A stretch of 64,000 nt of DNA from an uncultured Acidobacteriota bacterium. Lineage in GTDB: Bacteria > Acidobacteriota > Thermoanaerobaculia > UBA5066 > DATFVB01. The notes under the pieces were generated by a model, which was given only the letters and a program-made list of their open reading frames with translations, was not told the DNA's origin and did not search any database. Of the stretch, positions 17,523 to 27,600 are shown one piece after another (the first letter of the stretch is position 1; each line of letters opens with the position of its first letter). The stretch lies in the NCBI GenBank assembly GCA_963813155.1, contig CAWEYG010000001.1:512001-576000 (forward strand). Direction: 5' to 3'. The position numbers and the translations under genes are program-made.

Positions 17523-20327
17523 TTAGCTGCACCCGCTGGTCGCGCCGCAATTCATGCACTTGTAGCAAGCGCCGTTGCGAACCATGATCGAGCCGCACTC
17601 GTGGCAAGCGGGCGCGTCCGCCTGGACCTCGTACGCCCGGCCGGCCGACATCGGCGAGCCCGAATTGACCGGCTTCAACAACGCCTTCGTCACCGGGATC
17701 GGCCCCGTGTCGGTCGTGTTGTCGCGCGAGATGATGCCGATTCGTTCCTTCGCCTCGCTCGAGAGGAACTTCGAGCCGAGCCACCGGAAGATGTAGTCGA
17801 CGAGCGACTTCGCCATCGGGATTTCGGGGTTCTTCGTGAAGCCCGACGGTTCGAACCGCATGTGGGAGAACTTGTCGACGAGCGCGTCGAGCGGAACCCC
17901 GTACTGCATCGTGAGGGAGATCGCGGTCGCGAAGGAATCCATCAGACCGGATACCGTCGAGCCTTCCTTCGACATCGTCAGGAAGATCTCTCCCGGCTGG
18001 CCGTCCTCGTAGAGCCCGACGGTGATGTATCCCTCGTGGCCGGCGACGTTGAATTTGTGGGTGATCGCCTGGCGCTCGTCCGGCAGCTTGCGGCGGAACG
18101 GCGCGGGCGATGCCGTCACCGCCTTGCCGACGTATTCGAGGCTCGATCGCGCCTCGGGATTCTTCGAGTCCGACTTCGACGCCGAAGTGTTCAGGGGCTG
18201 CGTGCGCTTGCACCCGTCGCGGTAGATCGCGATCGCCTTCAGCCCCATCTTCCAGCCCTGCAGGTACGTGTCGGCAATGTCGTCGGGCGAAACGTCGGTG
18301 GGCATGTTGACAGTCTTGCTGATCGCTCCGGAGAGGAACGGCTGCGCCGCCGACATCATCCGGACGTGCCCCATGTAGTGGATGGAGCGGGAGCCGTTCA
18401 ACGCCTTGAACGAGCAGTCGAAAATCGGAAGGTGCTCCGGCTTGAATCCGGGCGCGTTCTCGATCGTGCCCTGTTCGTCCACGTACGAGACGATCGTGTT
18501 GACCTCGTCTTCGCTGTAACCGAGCCGGCGAAGCGCGAGCGGAACGGTCTGGTTGACGATCTTGATCGTGCCCCCGCCGACGAGCTTCTTGTACTTGACG
18601 AGCGCGAGGTCGGGCTCGATGCCGGTCGTGTCGCAATCCATCATGAATCCGATCGTGCCGGTCGGCGCGAGAACGGTCACCTGCCCGTTCTTGTAGCCGA
18701 ACTGGCTTCCCGACTCGAGAGCCATGTCCCAGACGGCCTGCGACCAGGAGTGCAGTTCCGTCGGAACGCCCTGCTTGTCGATCTCGTACGCCGCGTCGCG
18801 GTGCATCCGGATGACGTCCAGGAACGCGTCGCGGTTGGGCGGATAGGCCGAGAACGTCCCCATCTCGGCCGCAATCTTCGAGGACTGCAGGTACGCTTCG
18901 CCGCACATCAGGGAGGTGATCGCGGCCGCGTAGGAGCGGCCCTCGTCGGAGTCATACGGAAGGCCGGCGGCCATGAGCAGCGCGCCGAGGTTCGCGTAGC
19001 CGAGCCCGAGCGGGCGCATCGCGTACGAATTCTTTCCGATCGCCTCGGTCGGGTACGAGGCGTTGTCGACCATGATCTCCTGCGCCGTGATCGTCACGTC
19101 CACGGCGTGCTTGAACCGGTCGACGTCGAACGTGCCGTCTTCCCGCTCGAACTTCATGAGATTCAGGGAGGCGAGGTTGCACGCCGAGTCGTCCACGAAC
19201 ATGTACTCGGAGCACGGATTCGAGGCGTTGATCCGGTGCGTCGACTTCACCGGATTCCACCGGTTGATCGTCGTGTCGTACTGCATGCCGGGGTCGCCGC
19301 AGACCCACGCCGCGTCGGCGATCTCGCGCATGAGCTGTCGCGCGCGGAATTTCTCGAACGGCTTGCCCGTCAGGACTTCCTTCGTCCAGTACTCGCCGTC
19401 CTTCTCCACCGCTTCCATGAACTCGTCGTTGACGCGGACGGAATGATTCGCGTTCTGGTAGAAGATCGACGAATACGCCTCGCCGTTGAACGAGCCGTCA
19501 TAGCCGGCGTCGATGAGCGCCCACGCCTTCTTCTCTTCCTTCGCCTTCGAGAGAACGAATTCCTCGATGTCGGGGTGATCGATGTTGAGAATGACCATCT
19601 TCGCGGCGCGGCGCGTCTTGCCGCCGGACTTGATCGCGCCGGCGAAGCTGTCGAAGCCCTTCATGAAAGAAAGCGGGCCGGACGCCGTTCCTCCCGAAGA
19701 CAACCCTTCCCGCGAGCCCCGGAGGCTCGACAGGTTGCTCCCCGTTCCCGAGCCGAATTTGAAGAGCATTCCCTCGGTCTTCGCGAGCGTCAGGATCGAG
19801 CCCATCGAGTCCTGCACGGAATTGATGAAGCAGGCCGAGCACTGGGGCTTCTCCTCGACTCCGCAGTTGAACCAGACGGGCGAATTGAAAGACATCACCT
19901 GGTTGACGAGAAGCGTCGTCAGCTCGTCGTGGAACGCATCGCGGTCGGCCGCCGTTTTGAAGTAACGCCCCTCTTCGCCCCAGCGGGCGATCGTGTCGGA
20001 GACGCGGCCGATGAGCTGGCGGACCGAGGTCTCCCGATCCGGCGTTCCGAGCTTTCCGTGAAAATATTTCTGCACGACGATGTTCGTCGCGGTCTGGGAC
20101 CACGATTTCGGGGTTTCCACGTTCTTCTGCTCGAAGATCGTCTCCCCCTTTTCCGACGTGATCGCGGCGGTGCGAAGCTCCCACTCGATCGCGTCGTAGG
20201 GGGATACCGAAGGATCGGAGTACACGCGCGCGAAAGTCAGCCCTTTGAGCACGCGGGGGGCGCTGGTTGCCGCTTCGGCGGCGCTCGCGGCGGTTTTCCG
20301 GTCCGTCCGTTCTTCGTTTCGGCTCAT
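17523..20327 (-). CDS. nrdJ: class II (vitamin B12-dependent) ribonucleotide reductase
   Basis: FNSPVWFN, PQCSACFI, GGKTRRAAKM, ASNPCSEY, APTGTI, QPFLSGAISKTVNMP, TSCPD-like domain and C-terminal CHEC/CMNC...GCS. Confidence 0.97.
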   Translation of the reverse strand: MSRNEERTDRKTAASAAEAATSAPRVLKGLTFARVYSDPSVSPYDAIEWELRTAAITSEKGETIFEQKNVETPKSWSQTATNIVVQKYFHGKLGTPDRETSVRQLIGRVSDTIARWGEEGRYFKTAADRDAFHDELTTLLVNQVMSFNSPVWFNCGVEEKPQCSACFINSVQDSMGSILTLAKTEGMLFKFGSGTGSNLSSLRGSREGLSSGGTASGPLSFMKGFDSFAGAIKSGGKTRRAAKMVILNIDHPDIEEFVLSKAKEEKKAWALIDAGYDGSFNGEAYSSIFYQNANHSVRVNDEFMEAVEKDGEYWTKEVLTGKPFEKFRARQLMREIADAAWVCGDPGMQYDTTINRWNPVKSTHRINASNPCSEYMFVDDSACNLASLNLMKFEREDGTFDVDRFKHAVDVTITAQEIMVDNASYPTEAIGKNSYAMRPLGLGYANLGALLMAAGLPYDSDEGRSYAAAITSLMCGEAYLQSSKIAAEMGTFSAYPPNRDAFLDVIRMHRDAAYEIDKQGVPTELHSWSQAVWDMALESGSQFGYKNGQVTVLAPTGTIGFMMDCDTTGIEPDLALVKYKKLVGGGTIKIVNQTVPLALRRLGYSEDEVNTIVSYVDEQGTIENAPGFKPEHLPIFDCSFKALNGSRSIHYMGHVRMMSAAQPFLSGAISKTVNMPTDVSPDDIADTYLQGWKMGLKAIAIYRDGCKRTQPLNTSASKSDSKNPEARSSLEYVGKAVTASPAPFRRKLPDERQAITHKFNVAGHEGYITVGLYEDGQPGEIFLTMSKEGSTVSGLMDSFATAISLTMQYGVPLDALVDKFSHMRFEPSGFTKNPEIPMAKSLVDYIFRWLGSKFLSSEAKERIGIISRDNTTDTGPIPVTKALLKPVNSGSPMSAGRAYEVQADAPACHECGSIMVRNGACYKCMNCGATSGCS

Positions 20328-20442
20328 CTTTCCTACCCCTTCCTCTCTTCCCAACACTCTTCAATCGACGGAGAATCCGAGAACTTCCCGGGGACTCGCG
20401 GTTGGAGGTTCGCGGCCAGCCGGCCGTTTTTTACTTGAAGAA

Positions 20443-20471
20443 AAGGTAAACCCAGCGCGAAGAGATGTCAA
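20443..20471 (-). promoter_or_regulatory. sigma70 promoter of nrdJ
   Basis: TTGACA (20471-20466), 17-nt spacer, TACCTT (20448-20443) on the minus strand. Confidence 0.7.
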
Positions 20472-20477
20472 GAAAAA

Positions 20478-20524
20478 ATACCAGATGTTGGGGTTGTCCA
20501 CCGGGAAGGCCAAAGATCTGGGTG
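20478..20524. promoter_or_regulatory. tandem NrdR boxes
   Basis: CCCCAACATCTGGTAT (minus strand, 20478-20493) and GCCAAAGATCTGGGTG (20509-20524), 31 bp apart, next to the nrdJ -35; resembles consensus acaCwAtATaTwGtg. Confidence 0.75.
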
Positions 20525-20555
20525 TCCGGCTCCCCGGAGGGGGGAGCCGGCTCGC

Positions 20556-20585
20556 TTGACCCTCCCGGGGGTTGGCTGTCATAAT
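20556..20585 (+). promoter_or_regulatory. sigma70 promoter of the HesB/IscA gene
   Basis: TTGACC-N18-CATAAT with an extended TG. Confidence 0.6.
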
Positions 20586-20606
20586 CCATCCCGTTAGGAG
20601 AACCCA

Positions 20607-20981
20607 ATGTCCGCTGAACTCTCTGCCATTTCGCCGACCCCTCAGCCCGATGCTCCCTTTCTCACGCTGACGGAGAAGGCTGTCGAAAAAGTGAAGTATT
20701 TCGCGTCCCAGATGCCCGATTCCGCCGGCAAACCTCTCCGGATTTTCGTCCAGGGAGGCGGCTGCTCGGGCTTTCAGTACGGATTCACGTTCGACGACAA
20801 GAAGGAAAACGACACCCAGATTTCCGCCGGAGAGGTGGAAGTCGTCGTGGACCCTCAGAGCGCCATGTACCTGAAGGGCGCCAACGTCGACTATCTCGAA
20901 GACTTTCGCGGCGCGGGATTTTCGGTCAACAACCCGAACGCGACGGGCGGCTGCGGCTGCGGAAAGTCTTTCAACGCGTGA
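20607..20981 (+). CDS. HesB/IscA/ErpA family Fe-S cluster carrier
   Basis: GGGCSGFQYGF and NPNATGGCGCGKSF motifs. Confidence 0.95.
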   Translation: MSAELSAISPTPQPDAPFLTLTEKAVEKVKYFASQMPDSAGKPLRIFVQGGGCSGFQYGFTFDDKKENDTQISAGEVEVVVDPQSAMYLKGANVDYLEDFRGAGFSVNNPNATGGCGCGKSFNA

Positions 20982-21008
20982 GCTAAGGGCGGCTCTTGCC
21001 GCTCGAGC

Positions 21009-21036
21009 AAAAGACCCCACTCGTGTGGGGTCTTTT
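21009..21036. terminator. bidirectional terminator
   Basis: Perfect AAAAGACCCCAC-TCGT-GTGGGGTCTTTT between convergent genes. Confidence 0.85.
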
Positions 21037-23404
21037 CATTTGGCCTCCCATTTCCAGTCCCGGATCTCTGGCAGGTCTTCGCCGTATTTGCAGATGTATT
21101 GCTGGTGCTCGATCAGCTTGCCTCTGAGCAGGCGCTTCAGGGCGATGCCCTTCTCGCCCGTCTGCGGGAGGCGGTCGATCGTGTCGATGACGAGGTCGAA
21201 CCGGTCGAGATCGTTCAGAACCGTCATGTCGAAGGGCGTGGTGATCGTCCCTTCTTCCTTGTAGCCGCGGACGTGGATGTTGTCGTGGTTGGTTCGGCGG
21301 TAAGTCAACCGGTGGATCAACCACGGATACGCGTGGAATGCGAAGATCACCGGCTTGTCCCGGGTGAAAAGCTCGTCGAAATCCCTGTCGCTTAGCCCGT
21401 GGGGGTGCTCGGATTGCGGCTGCAGCTTCATCAGGTCGACGACGTTGACCACCCGGATCTTCAGGTCGGGCAGGTGTTCGCGCAGGATGGAGACGGCGGC
21501 GAGCGTCTCCAAGGTGGGCACGTCGCCGCAACAGGCCATGACCACGTCGGGCGCAACGCCCTGGTCGTTGCTGGCCCACTGCCACACGCCGATGCCTTCG
21601 AGGCAGTGCTTGACGGCAGCGTCCATGGCCAGCCATTGCGGCGCGGGGTGCTTTCCCGCGACGATGACATTCACGTAGTGCCGGCTGCGAAGGCAATGAT
21701 CCATCACCGACAGGAGGCAATTCGCGTCCGGTGGAAGGTAGACGCGCACGACCTCGGCTTTCTTGTTCACGACATGATCGATGAAACCGGGATCCTGATG
21801 CGTGAAACCGTTGTGGTCCTGACGCCAGACATGCGAGGCGAGCAGGTAGTTCAACGACGCGATCTTCCGCCGCCAGGGCAGGTGCGAGGTGACCTTCAGC
21901 CACTTGGCATGTTGATTGAACATCGAATCGACGATGTGGATGAACGCCTCATAGCAGTTGAAGACGCCGTGCCGGCCGGTGAGCAGATAGCCCTCGAGCC
22001 AGCCCTCGCACTGGTGTTCGCTCAGCATTTCCGTCACGCGCCCGGTCGGCGCGAGAAATTCGTCGTTGGGCAGGGTGGCCGCATCCCACTGGCGGTTGGT
22101 CGTCTCGAAGACAGCCTCGAGGCCGTTGGACAGCGTCTCGTCGGGTCCGAAGACCCGGAAGTTCCGCCGGTCCGAGTTGAGCTTCGCCACGTCTCGTAGA
22201 AAACGGCCGAGGACGTGCGTGTCGCCGACGCCGCGCACCCCGGGAGACGGCACGTCGACTGCATACTCGCGAAAGTCCGGCATCCGCAGATCTCGGAGCA
22301 GAATTCCACCATTGGCGTGAGGGTTCGCGCCCATTCGCCGATTCCCCTTCGGCGCGATTTCGGCCAGCTCCGGGCTCAGGCGGCCGTTCGCGTCGAAGAG
22401 CTCTTCCGGCCGGTAGCTCTTGAGCCAGTCCTCCAACAGCCTGAGATGATCGGGAGGGGTCGAGGGAGAAACGGCGAGCGGCACCTGATGCGCTCGAAAC
22501 GTTCCTTCGATCGGCCTACCGTCGACCATCTTCGGCCCGGTCCATCCTTTTGGCGAATCGAGAACGATCATCGGCCAGCGGGGGCGGGTGACGACACCGC
22601 GGACGCGAGCGTCCTGCTGGATTTCCCGGATTCGCTCCACCGCCGCGTCGAGAGCAGCGGCCATCGCCTGATGCATCGGTTCCGGCTCGCGCCCTTCGAC
22701 GAAGCCGGGCTCCCAACCGTAGCCGCGAAGAAGGTCCGCCAGCTCGGCGCGGGGAATTCGGGCGAGAATCGTCGGGTTGGAAATCTTGTAGCCATTCAAG
22801 TGCAGGATCGGAAGCACCGCGCCGTCGGTGGCCGGATCGAGAAACTTGTTCGAATGCCACGCGGTCGCCAGAGGGCCGGTTTCCGCCTCTCCGTCACCGA
22901 CCACGCAGGCCACGACGAGATCCGGATTGTCGAAAACAGCCCCGAACGAATGGCTGAGCGAATAGCCGAGCTCTCCCCCTCGTGAATCGAGCCCGGGCAC
23001 TCCGGAGAGGCGTGACTGGGAATCCCTCCGGGAAACGAGAATTGAAGAAACAGCCTTCGGAGGCCGGCCTCGTCCTGGCCGATATCGGGATAGACCTCGC
23101 TGTACGTGCCCTCGAGGTACGTGTTGGCCACCACGGCCGGCCCGCCGTGCCCCGGACCGGAGACGTAGATCATGTCCAGGTCGTATTTCTTGATGACTCG
23201 GTTCAAGTGCGCGTAGATGAAGTTCTGCCCCGGCGTCGTCCCCCAGTGTCCGAGAAGCATTCGCTTCACATCCGCCAGCGTCAGGGGGCGCTTCAAGAGC
23301 GGGTTGTCGTAAAGATAAATCTGGCCGACCGACAGGTAGTTGGCCGCGCGCCAGTACGCATCGATGAGGCGCAACTGCTCGTCGGAAAGCCGGCTCTCGC
23401 CCAC
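21036..23404 (-). CDS. xfp: phosphoketolase (XFP family), frameshifted near 22985
   Basis: [47 protein letters not shown] across the shift, [22 protein letters not shown]. Confidence 0.95.
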
Positions 23405-23412
23405 GGCCGTAC

Positions 23413-24123
23413 TTACGAAGGCCAGGTCTCTCCCGGCGCGAGCTCGATCACTTCCGTCGATCCGCCGCGCTTCCGGATCTCCTCCCGCAGGGCGTCGGGC
23501 GTGCCCGTGAGCACGGGAAACGTGCCCCAGTGCATCGGAATGACGCGCGGGACCTTCAGCATCTCGCATGCGAGCGCGGCGCCTTTCGGCCCCATCGTGT
23601 AGAAGTCGCCGATCGGCAGCAGCGCGATGTCCGGAGGGCGAAGCTCCGCGATGATCCGCATGTCGGAAAAGGGCGCCGTGTCTCCGGCGTGGTAAATACG
23701 GAATCCGTCCACTTCCACGACGAAGCCGCATGGCGTCGCGAACGGGTTCCGGTCCGAACCGTCGCCCCCCGAGTGCTCGGCGGGCGTCATCGAGATCGTG
23801 AAGTCGGAGACCTTCTGGGTTCCGCCCTTGTTCATGCCCGAGACGGACTTGACGCCCTTCGTCCCGAGCCAGACCGCCAGCTCGAAGACGCAGACGACGG
23901 TCGCGCCCGTCTTCTTCGCGAGCTCGACGCCGCTGTCCCCGAAATGGTCCGAATGGCCGTGCGTCGGCGCGATCACATCCACGCGCGAAAGGTCGTAGCC
24001 CTTCGGAAACTTCGGGTTCGGCTCGATAAACGGATCGAAGACGAGACGCTTGCCTCCCTTCGATTCGATGACGAACATCGCGTGGCCCAGCCACGTGATT
24101 TTTCCGGGGAAATTCGCCGTCAT
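23413..24123 (-). CDS. UPF0173 metallo-beta-lactamase-fold hydrolase
   Basis: [43 protein letters not shown]. Confidence 0.93.
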   Translation of the reverse strand: MTANFPGKITWLGHAMFVIESKGGKRLVFDPFIEPNPKFPKGYDLSRVDVIAPTHGHSDHFGDSGVELAKKTGATVVCVFELAVWLGTKGVKSVSGMNKGGTQKVSDFTISMTPAEHSGGDGSDRNPFATPCGFVVEVDGFRIYHAGDTAPFSDMRIIAELRPPDIALLPIGDFYTMGPKGAALACEMLKVPRVIPMHWGTFPVLTGTPDALREEIRKRGGSTEVIELAPGETWPS

Positions 24124-24165
24124 GTTCGCTTCCTTCCTCGCGCTCGCATCCGAGCCCGAATTCAT

Positions 24166-24372
24166 TCAGTTCTCGAAGAAAAACGGCACGGCCATCAGCG
24201 CCGCCCCGATGATGCAGAGCTCCAGAGTTCTCGTGAACAGGTACGGGTAGATGCAGAGTCCCGCGCCGGCGAGCATCGCCGACATCTTCGCCTGCTTTTT
24301 TCCGTAGATGAAGTACGCCGTTCCGACGGCCCCGGTGAAGATCGCGATGAAAAGCTGCGTCCCGGTCGGCAC
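24166..24372 (-). CDS. small membrane protein
   Basis: [14 protein letters not shown]...GLCIYPY pattern typical of a small conserved membrane family. Confidence 0.75.
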   Translation of the reverse strand: MPTGTQLFIAIFTGAVGTAYFIYGKKQAKMSAMLAGAGLCIYPYLFTRTLELCIIGAALMAVPFFFEN

Positions 24373-24373
24373 G

Positions 24374-25141
24374 TCAGAACCTCAGCGAGAGGCAGCTCAG
24401 GCCGCCGTCCATCTTCCGGAACTCCGACATCTCCAGGGCGTGGCAAACGTAGCCGAGCCCGCGGAGCTTTCCCTCGGTCGAAGGAAATCCGGAAGCAATC
24501 AGGATCGTGTCGTTCACTCTCACGCAGTTGGCCGCGTACTCCTCGCCCGCGGGCACGCGGACGATCTCGTGGCCGCGAAACTCTTCGCGATCGGCGAGCG
24601 CCTCGATCGCCGCGAGCCGGTTCTCGCCGAGAGACGCGATCCCGCTCTTCAGGTGAAGGATCCCGGCCGTGCTTCGGATGTCGACGAGCGTCGACGCCAG
24701 CCCGGTTTCGCCGAGAATTTCCGCGAGCTGCCTTGCGCCCGCCTCGTTCGTCCGGTGCGAGACCCCGATGAAGAGATGATCACCCGCCTCGCAGACGTCC
24801 CCGCCGTCGAGGGTTCCGGGCGGCTCGATCGTTCGCTGATTTGCGAAGAACGGACTCAGCGCCGCGGCCATGGCCTCCACCTCCCCCTTGCGACTCTCCG
24901 CCCCCGGGCGCGTGTGGACGGCCAGACCCGGAAGAAGGACCGCCGTGTCCTCGACGAACGTCGAGTCGGGATACTGCGGATCGGCAGGAAGGCGCGTCAG
25001 GACGAGGCCGAGGCCCTCGAGCGCCTCGCAGTATTTTTCGTGCTGCGAAAGCGCGGTTTCGAGCTCGGGAGCGCCGAGCTGCGCCGTCGTCAGGCCGTTC
25101 GCGAAACTGATCGCCGGCGGCCGCACGATCGCCCGGTTCAC
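24374..25141 (-). CDS. dimethylargininase (DDAH)
   Basis: YPDSTFVEDTAV, LDGGDV, LHLKSG, YAANC, EFRKMDGGLSCLSLRF. Confidence 0.95.
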   Translation of the reverse strand: MNRAIVRPPAISFANGLTTAQLGAPELETALSQHEKYCEALEGLGLVLTRLPADPQYPDSTFVEDTAVLLPGLAVHTRPGAESRKGEVEAMAAALSPFFANQRTIEPPGTLDGGDVCEAGDHLFIGVSHRTNEAGARQLAEILGETGLASTLVDIRSTAGILHLKSGIASLGENRLAAIEALADREEFRGHEIVRVPAGEEYAANCVRVNDTILIASGFPSTEGKLRGLGYVCHALEMSEFRKMDGGLSCLSLRF

Positions 25142-25153
25142 GGTTTCCTCGTC

Positions 25154-25564
25154 TCAGGCACGGCGGGCGCGGGCCTTCGCCCCCGCGACGAGCCTCTCCG
25201 CCGCGACGGCCGCGCGGCGATGAGTTCCCCTTCCGATTTCGCCTCCTTCGTCGGCGGCGGAGACCTCGAAGAAGAAGAGTTTTCCTTCCTTCCGGACGAA
25301 CGTCGCCGTCGCCGTGACGGTCGCCCCGGGGGGCGTTGCAGCCGAGTGCCGAACGTCGATGGACACTCCGACGGACAGCTCTCCCGGCGCGAGATGCGGC
25401 CGGAGGATTCGCGCCGCCGCCATCTCCATCAGCGCGACCAGTCGCGCGGTCGCGAAGACGCCGGGAAATTCGTCCACGGATTCGATCCCGACCGAGCTCG
25501 CGAGGTCGGCAGGCCCGACCGTGAGGCTCGCCGAGCCGGTCGATCCGGGGACGGGATCGCTCAT
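25154..25564 (-). CDS. hotdog thioesterase (FlK-like)
   Basis: VFATARLVALME, VDVRHSAATP-type motif (IDVRHSAATP), IGRGTHRR. Confidence 0.9.
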   Translation of the reverse strand: MSDPVPGSTGSASLTVGPADLASSVGIESVDEFPGVFATARLVALMEMAAARILRPHLAPGELSVGVSIDVRHSAATPPGATVTATATFVRKEGKLFFFEVSAADEGGEIGRGTHRRAAVAAERLVAGAKARARRA

Positions 25565-25574
25565 CGCCGGCGCC

Positions 25575-25983
25575 TCAGGCCATCGGCCGCCACGGGCCGA
25601 TCAGGAGCGCGATCGCGACGACGAAATCGAACGCCGCGCAGAGCGGCGGGAACCACCTCGCGACCTGTGTCGAGACCGCGCGGGGATGGTGCAGGAGATC
25701 CCAGACGCCGTGGATCACGTAGCCCGCGGCCAGCCACCCGGTCTGCGCCCGCAACCCGACGGCGGCGCAGCAGAAGACGACCGCCGCGATGAGCGAGCTC
25801 GAGCAGCGCGATTCCCGCCGGCGGCTTTTGCGCGAGCATCGCCCCCGCGTACACGCACGCCGTGAATGCGAGAAAGAGCGCAATCGCCTGCCGCGCCGGC
25901 TGCGGAGGGATCGTGTGCACGAGCAGAACGAACAGCAGCCCGAGAAGGAGCCCGACGACGAGACTGGGAATCCACGATTTCAT
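25575..25983 (-). CDS. DUF6010-like membrane protein, frameshifted near 25795
   Basis: MKSWIPSLVVGLL... continued by LAAGYVIHGVWDLLHH...WFPPLCAAFD in another frame. Confidence 0.8.
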
Positions 25984-26972
25984 CTTTCCGCCCTTCTTCG
26001 CGTTTCGTTTCCCGTTCTTTTCGCAAACGCGCACCAGCGCGAAACTGCCTCTTGGGGACCCTCGAACACGCGGTCGCGGACGCGGGGATGGCTCGTCACG
26101 TACTCGAGGTTCTCGCGGAAGCGATCTCTGCCGCCGGGCAGAACGAAATCGCCGGTGCGCGCCACGCTCACGACGATCGGCTCTTCGGCGTCCATGAGAC
26201 CATCGAGGATATGACGAATCCACGCCGGATCGAGGCCGAGGTTCAGGTGGACGAAATCGTGTTGGGGGCCGACCGGGACGGGCAACGGAGGGCCGTTGAT
26301 ACAGCCCGTGCTCACCGGCACGAGCCAGAGCCGGCGACGGCGAAAGAAGCCGCCCGGCTCCAGGTAGTTCGAGCGCGACGGGCGATAGGGCCGTCGCGGC
26401 GCCCGCTGGAAGTCCGGCAACGAACCGGTGCTCCCTTCGCCCGGCACTATCGACGGCGCCGGCCTCAGTCCCGGTTCGAGGGTGAGATCGTAGGGGATCT
26501 TCAGACGCTCGAGCAGGGCCACCGCGCGATCGCTCAGCCAGTGATCTCCGAAGCGAAAGCCATCCGGCGGGCCGCCCACCCCTCGAACGAAGCCGTCCAG
26601 AGCGCGCGCGACCCCGCTCTCGATCCAGGCCTCGTCCCCGAAGTCGGAAATCCATCGCCCCTCCGGTTCGTGCCATCGAAACGCGTGGTGATGAAGACCG
26701 ATTGAATCTCCCCGGGCCCGAAGCTCCGCGAGGGGCGCCGCGTAGCGCCGAGCGGCCCAGGCAATATCCCCGTAGGTCGTCTCGATCTGCGAATCCATCC
26801 GAAGAAACCAGTTGAAGCGGGCCCGGCACCCCGTCCGTTCGTTCAATCGCTCGCGCAAACGCTCGATCCACGGAAGCAGGTCGAGGAAACCCTGCCATTC
26901 GGGGCGGCGGCGGCGTTCGAGCAGCCGATCGTCCGGCTCGATATCGACCGTCAGGACGAAGGAACCGGTCAT
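25980..26972 (-). CDS. polysaccharide deacetylase-like protein
   Basis: LTVDIEPD, DSIGLHHH, GFRFGDHW, YDLT motifs of NodB/CE4-like fold. Confidence 0.75.
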   Translation of the reverse strand: MTGSFVLTVDIEPDDRLLERRRRPEWQGFLDLLPWIERLRERLNERTGCRARFNWFLRMDSQIETTYGDIAWAARRYAAPLAELRARGDSIGLHHHAFRWHEPEGRWISDFGDEAWIESGVARALDGFVRGVGGPPDGFRFGDHWLSDRAVALLERLKIPYDLTLEPGLRPAPSIVPGEGSTGSLPDFQRAPRRPYRPSRSNYLEPGGFFRRRRLWLVPVSTGCINGPPLPVPVGPQHDFVHLNLGLDPAWIRHILDGLMDAEEPIVVSVARTGDFVLPGGRDRFRENLEYVTSHPRVRDRVFEGPQEAVSRWCAFAKRTGNETRRRAER

Positions 26973-26976
26973 CTCA

Positions 26977-27573
26977 CTACCGAGCGTATTTCCAGTTCCG
27001 CGTCTTCCCTTCCGAAAGCCATTCGACCGCGGTTTTGATCCGCCGGTCGCGGGTCTCAGCGGTCTTCGCCCCGATAACCCAGTCGACGTATTCCTTCCTG
27101 TTCGTATAATTGAAAGCGGCGAAGACGGCGGCGGCCTTTTGGTTTTTCTTGAGCGCTTCCTCGAGGTCGCGCGGAACGACGATCTTCTTTTTCGCCGCCG
27201 GGCGGGACGGCGCGCGCGGGGCCCGGACTCCCGCGTCGTTGAGCGCGGCGGCCTTGCGCACGAGGCGGAGCAATTCAGAGTCTTTCGGCAGGTCCGAGAC
27301 CGATCCGATTCGCCCGAACTGCCCCATTGAGTCGTTGGATTTCTCTCCCGTCACGAGGCTTCCTTTCCAGAACCCGAACGCGCAATGTTTCTGGAAGGCG
27401 GCCATCGAGCAGAACATTCCCTTGTAATCGAAGTGGGGAAAGCTCCATTTCATCGTCTCTTCGACGCCGGGGCATCCCCGATGGACGACGCGGCGGAGGC
27501 GAAGGAGGATCGGCTTCGCGAACGGCGCGGCCTTCGCGATATAGGCGTCGACGCGCGGATCCTTCCTGCCCAT
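26977..27573 (-). CDS. YdeI/OmpD-associated (DUF1801 + OmdA) protein
   Basis: DPRVDAYIAKA...EETMKWSFPHF...RKEYVDWVIGAKTAETRDRR. Confidence 0.92.
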   Translation of the reverse strand: MGRKDPRVDAYIAKAAPFAKPILLRLRRVVHRGCPGVEETMKWSFPHFDYKGMFCSMAAFQKHCAFGFWKGSLVTGEKSNDSMGQFGRIGSVSDLPKDSELLRLVRKAAALNDAGVRAPRAPSRPAAKKKIVVPRDLEEALKKNQKAAAVFAAFNYTNRKEYVDWVIGAKTAETRDRRIKTAVEWLSEGKTRNWKYAR

Positions 27574-27600
27574 TGCGATCCCCTTTCCTTCCAGCCGATT

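Noticed and set aside
17523-20327. Intein or intron in nrdJ
   Set aside because: Length and motif spacing are those of an uninterrupted NrdJ; no splice-junction motifs seen.
17220-20438. Long antisense ORFs (for example 1072 aa opposite nrdJ, 1326 aa at 5902-9882, 1049 aa at 42189-45338)
   Set aside because: Shadow ORFs expected from stop-codon scarcity in high-GC coding DNA; Arg/Ala-rich with no motifs of their own, apart from the segment of 5902-9882 that belongs to the frameshifted VOC gene.
20328-20440. Cobalamin riboswitch upstream of B12-dependent nrdJ
   Set aside because: The leader is about 110 nt and lacks the conserved GGGAA/GCCACTG/AGYCAG core in the proper arrangement.
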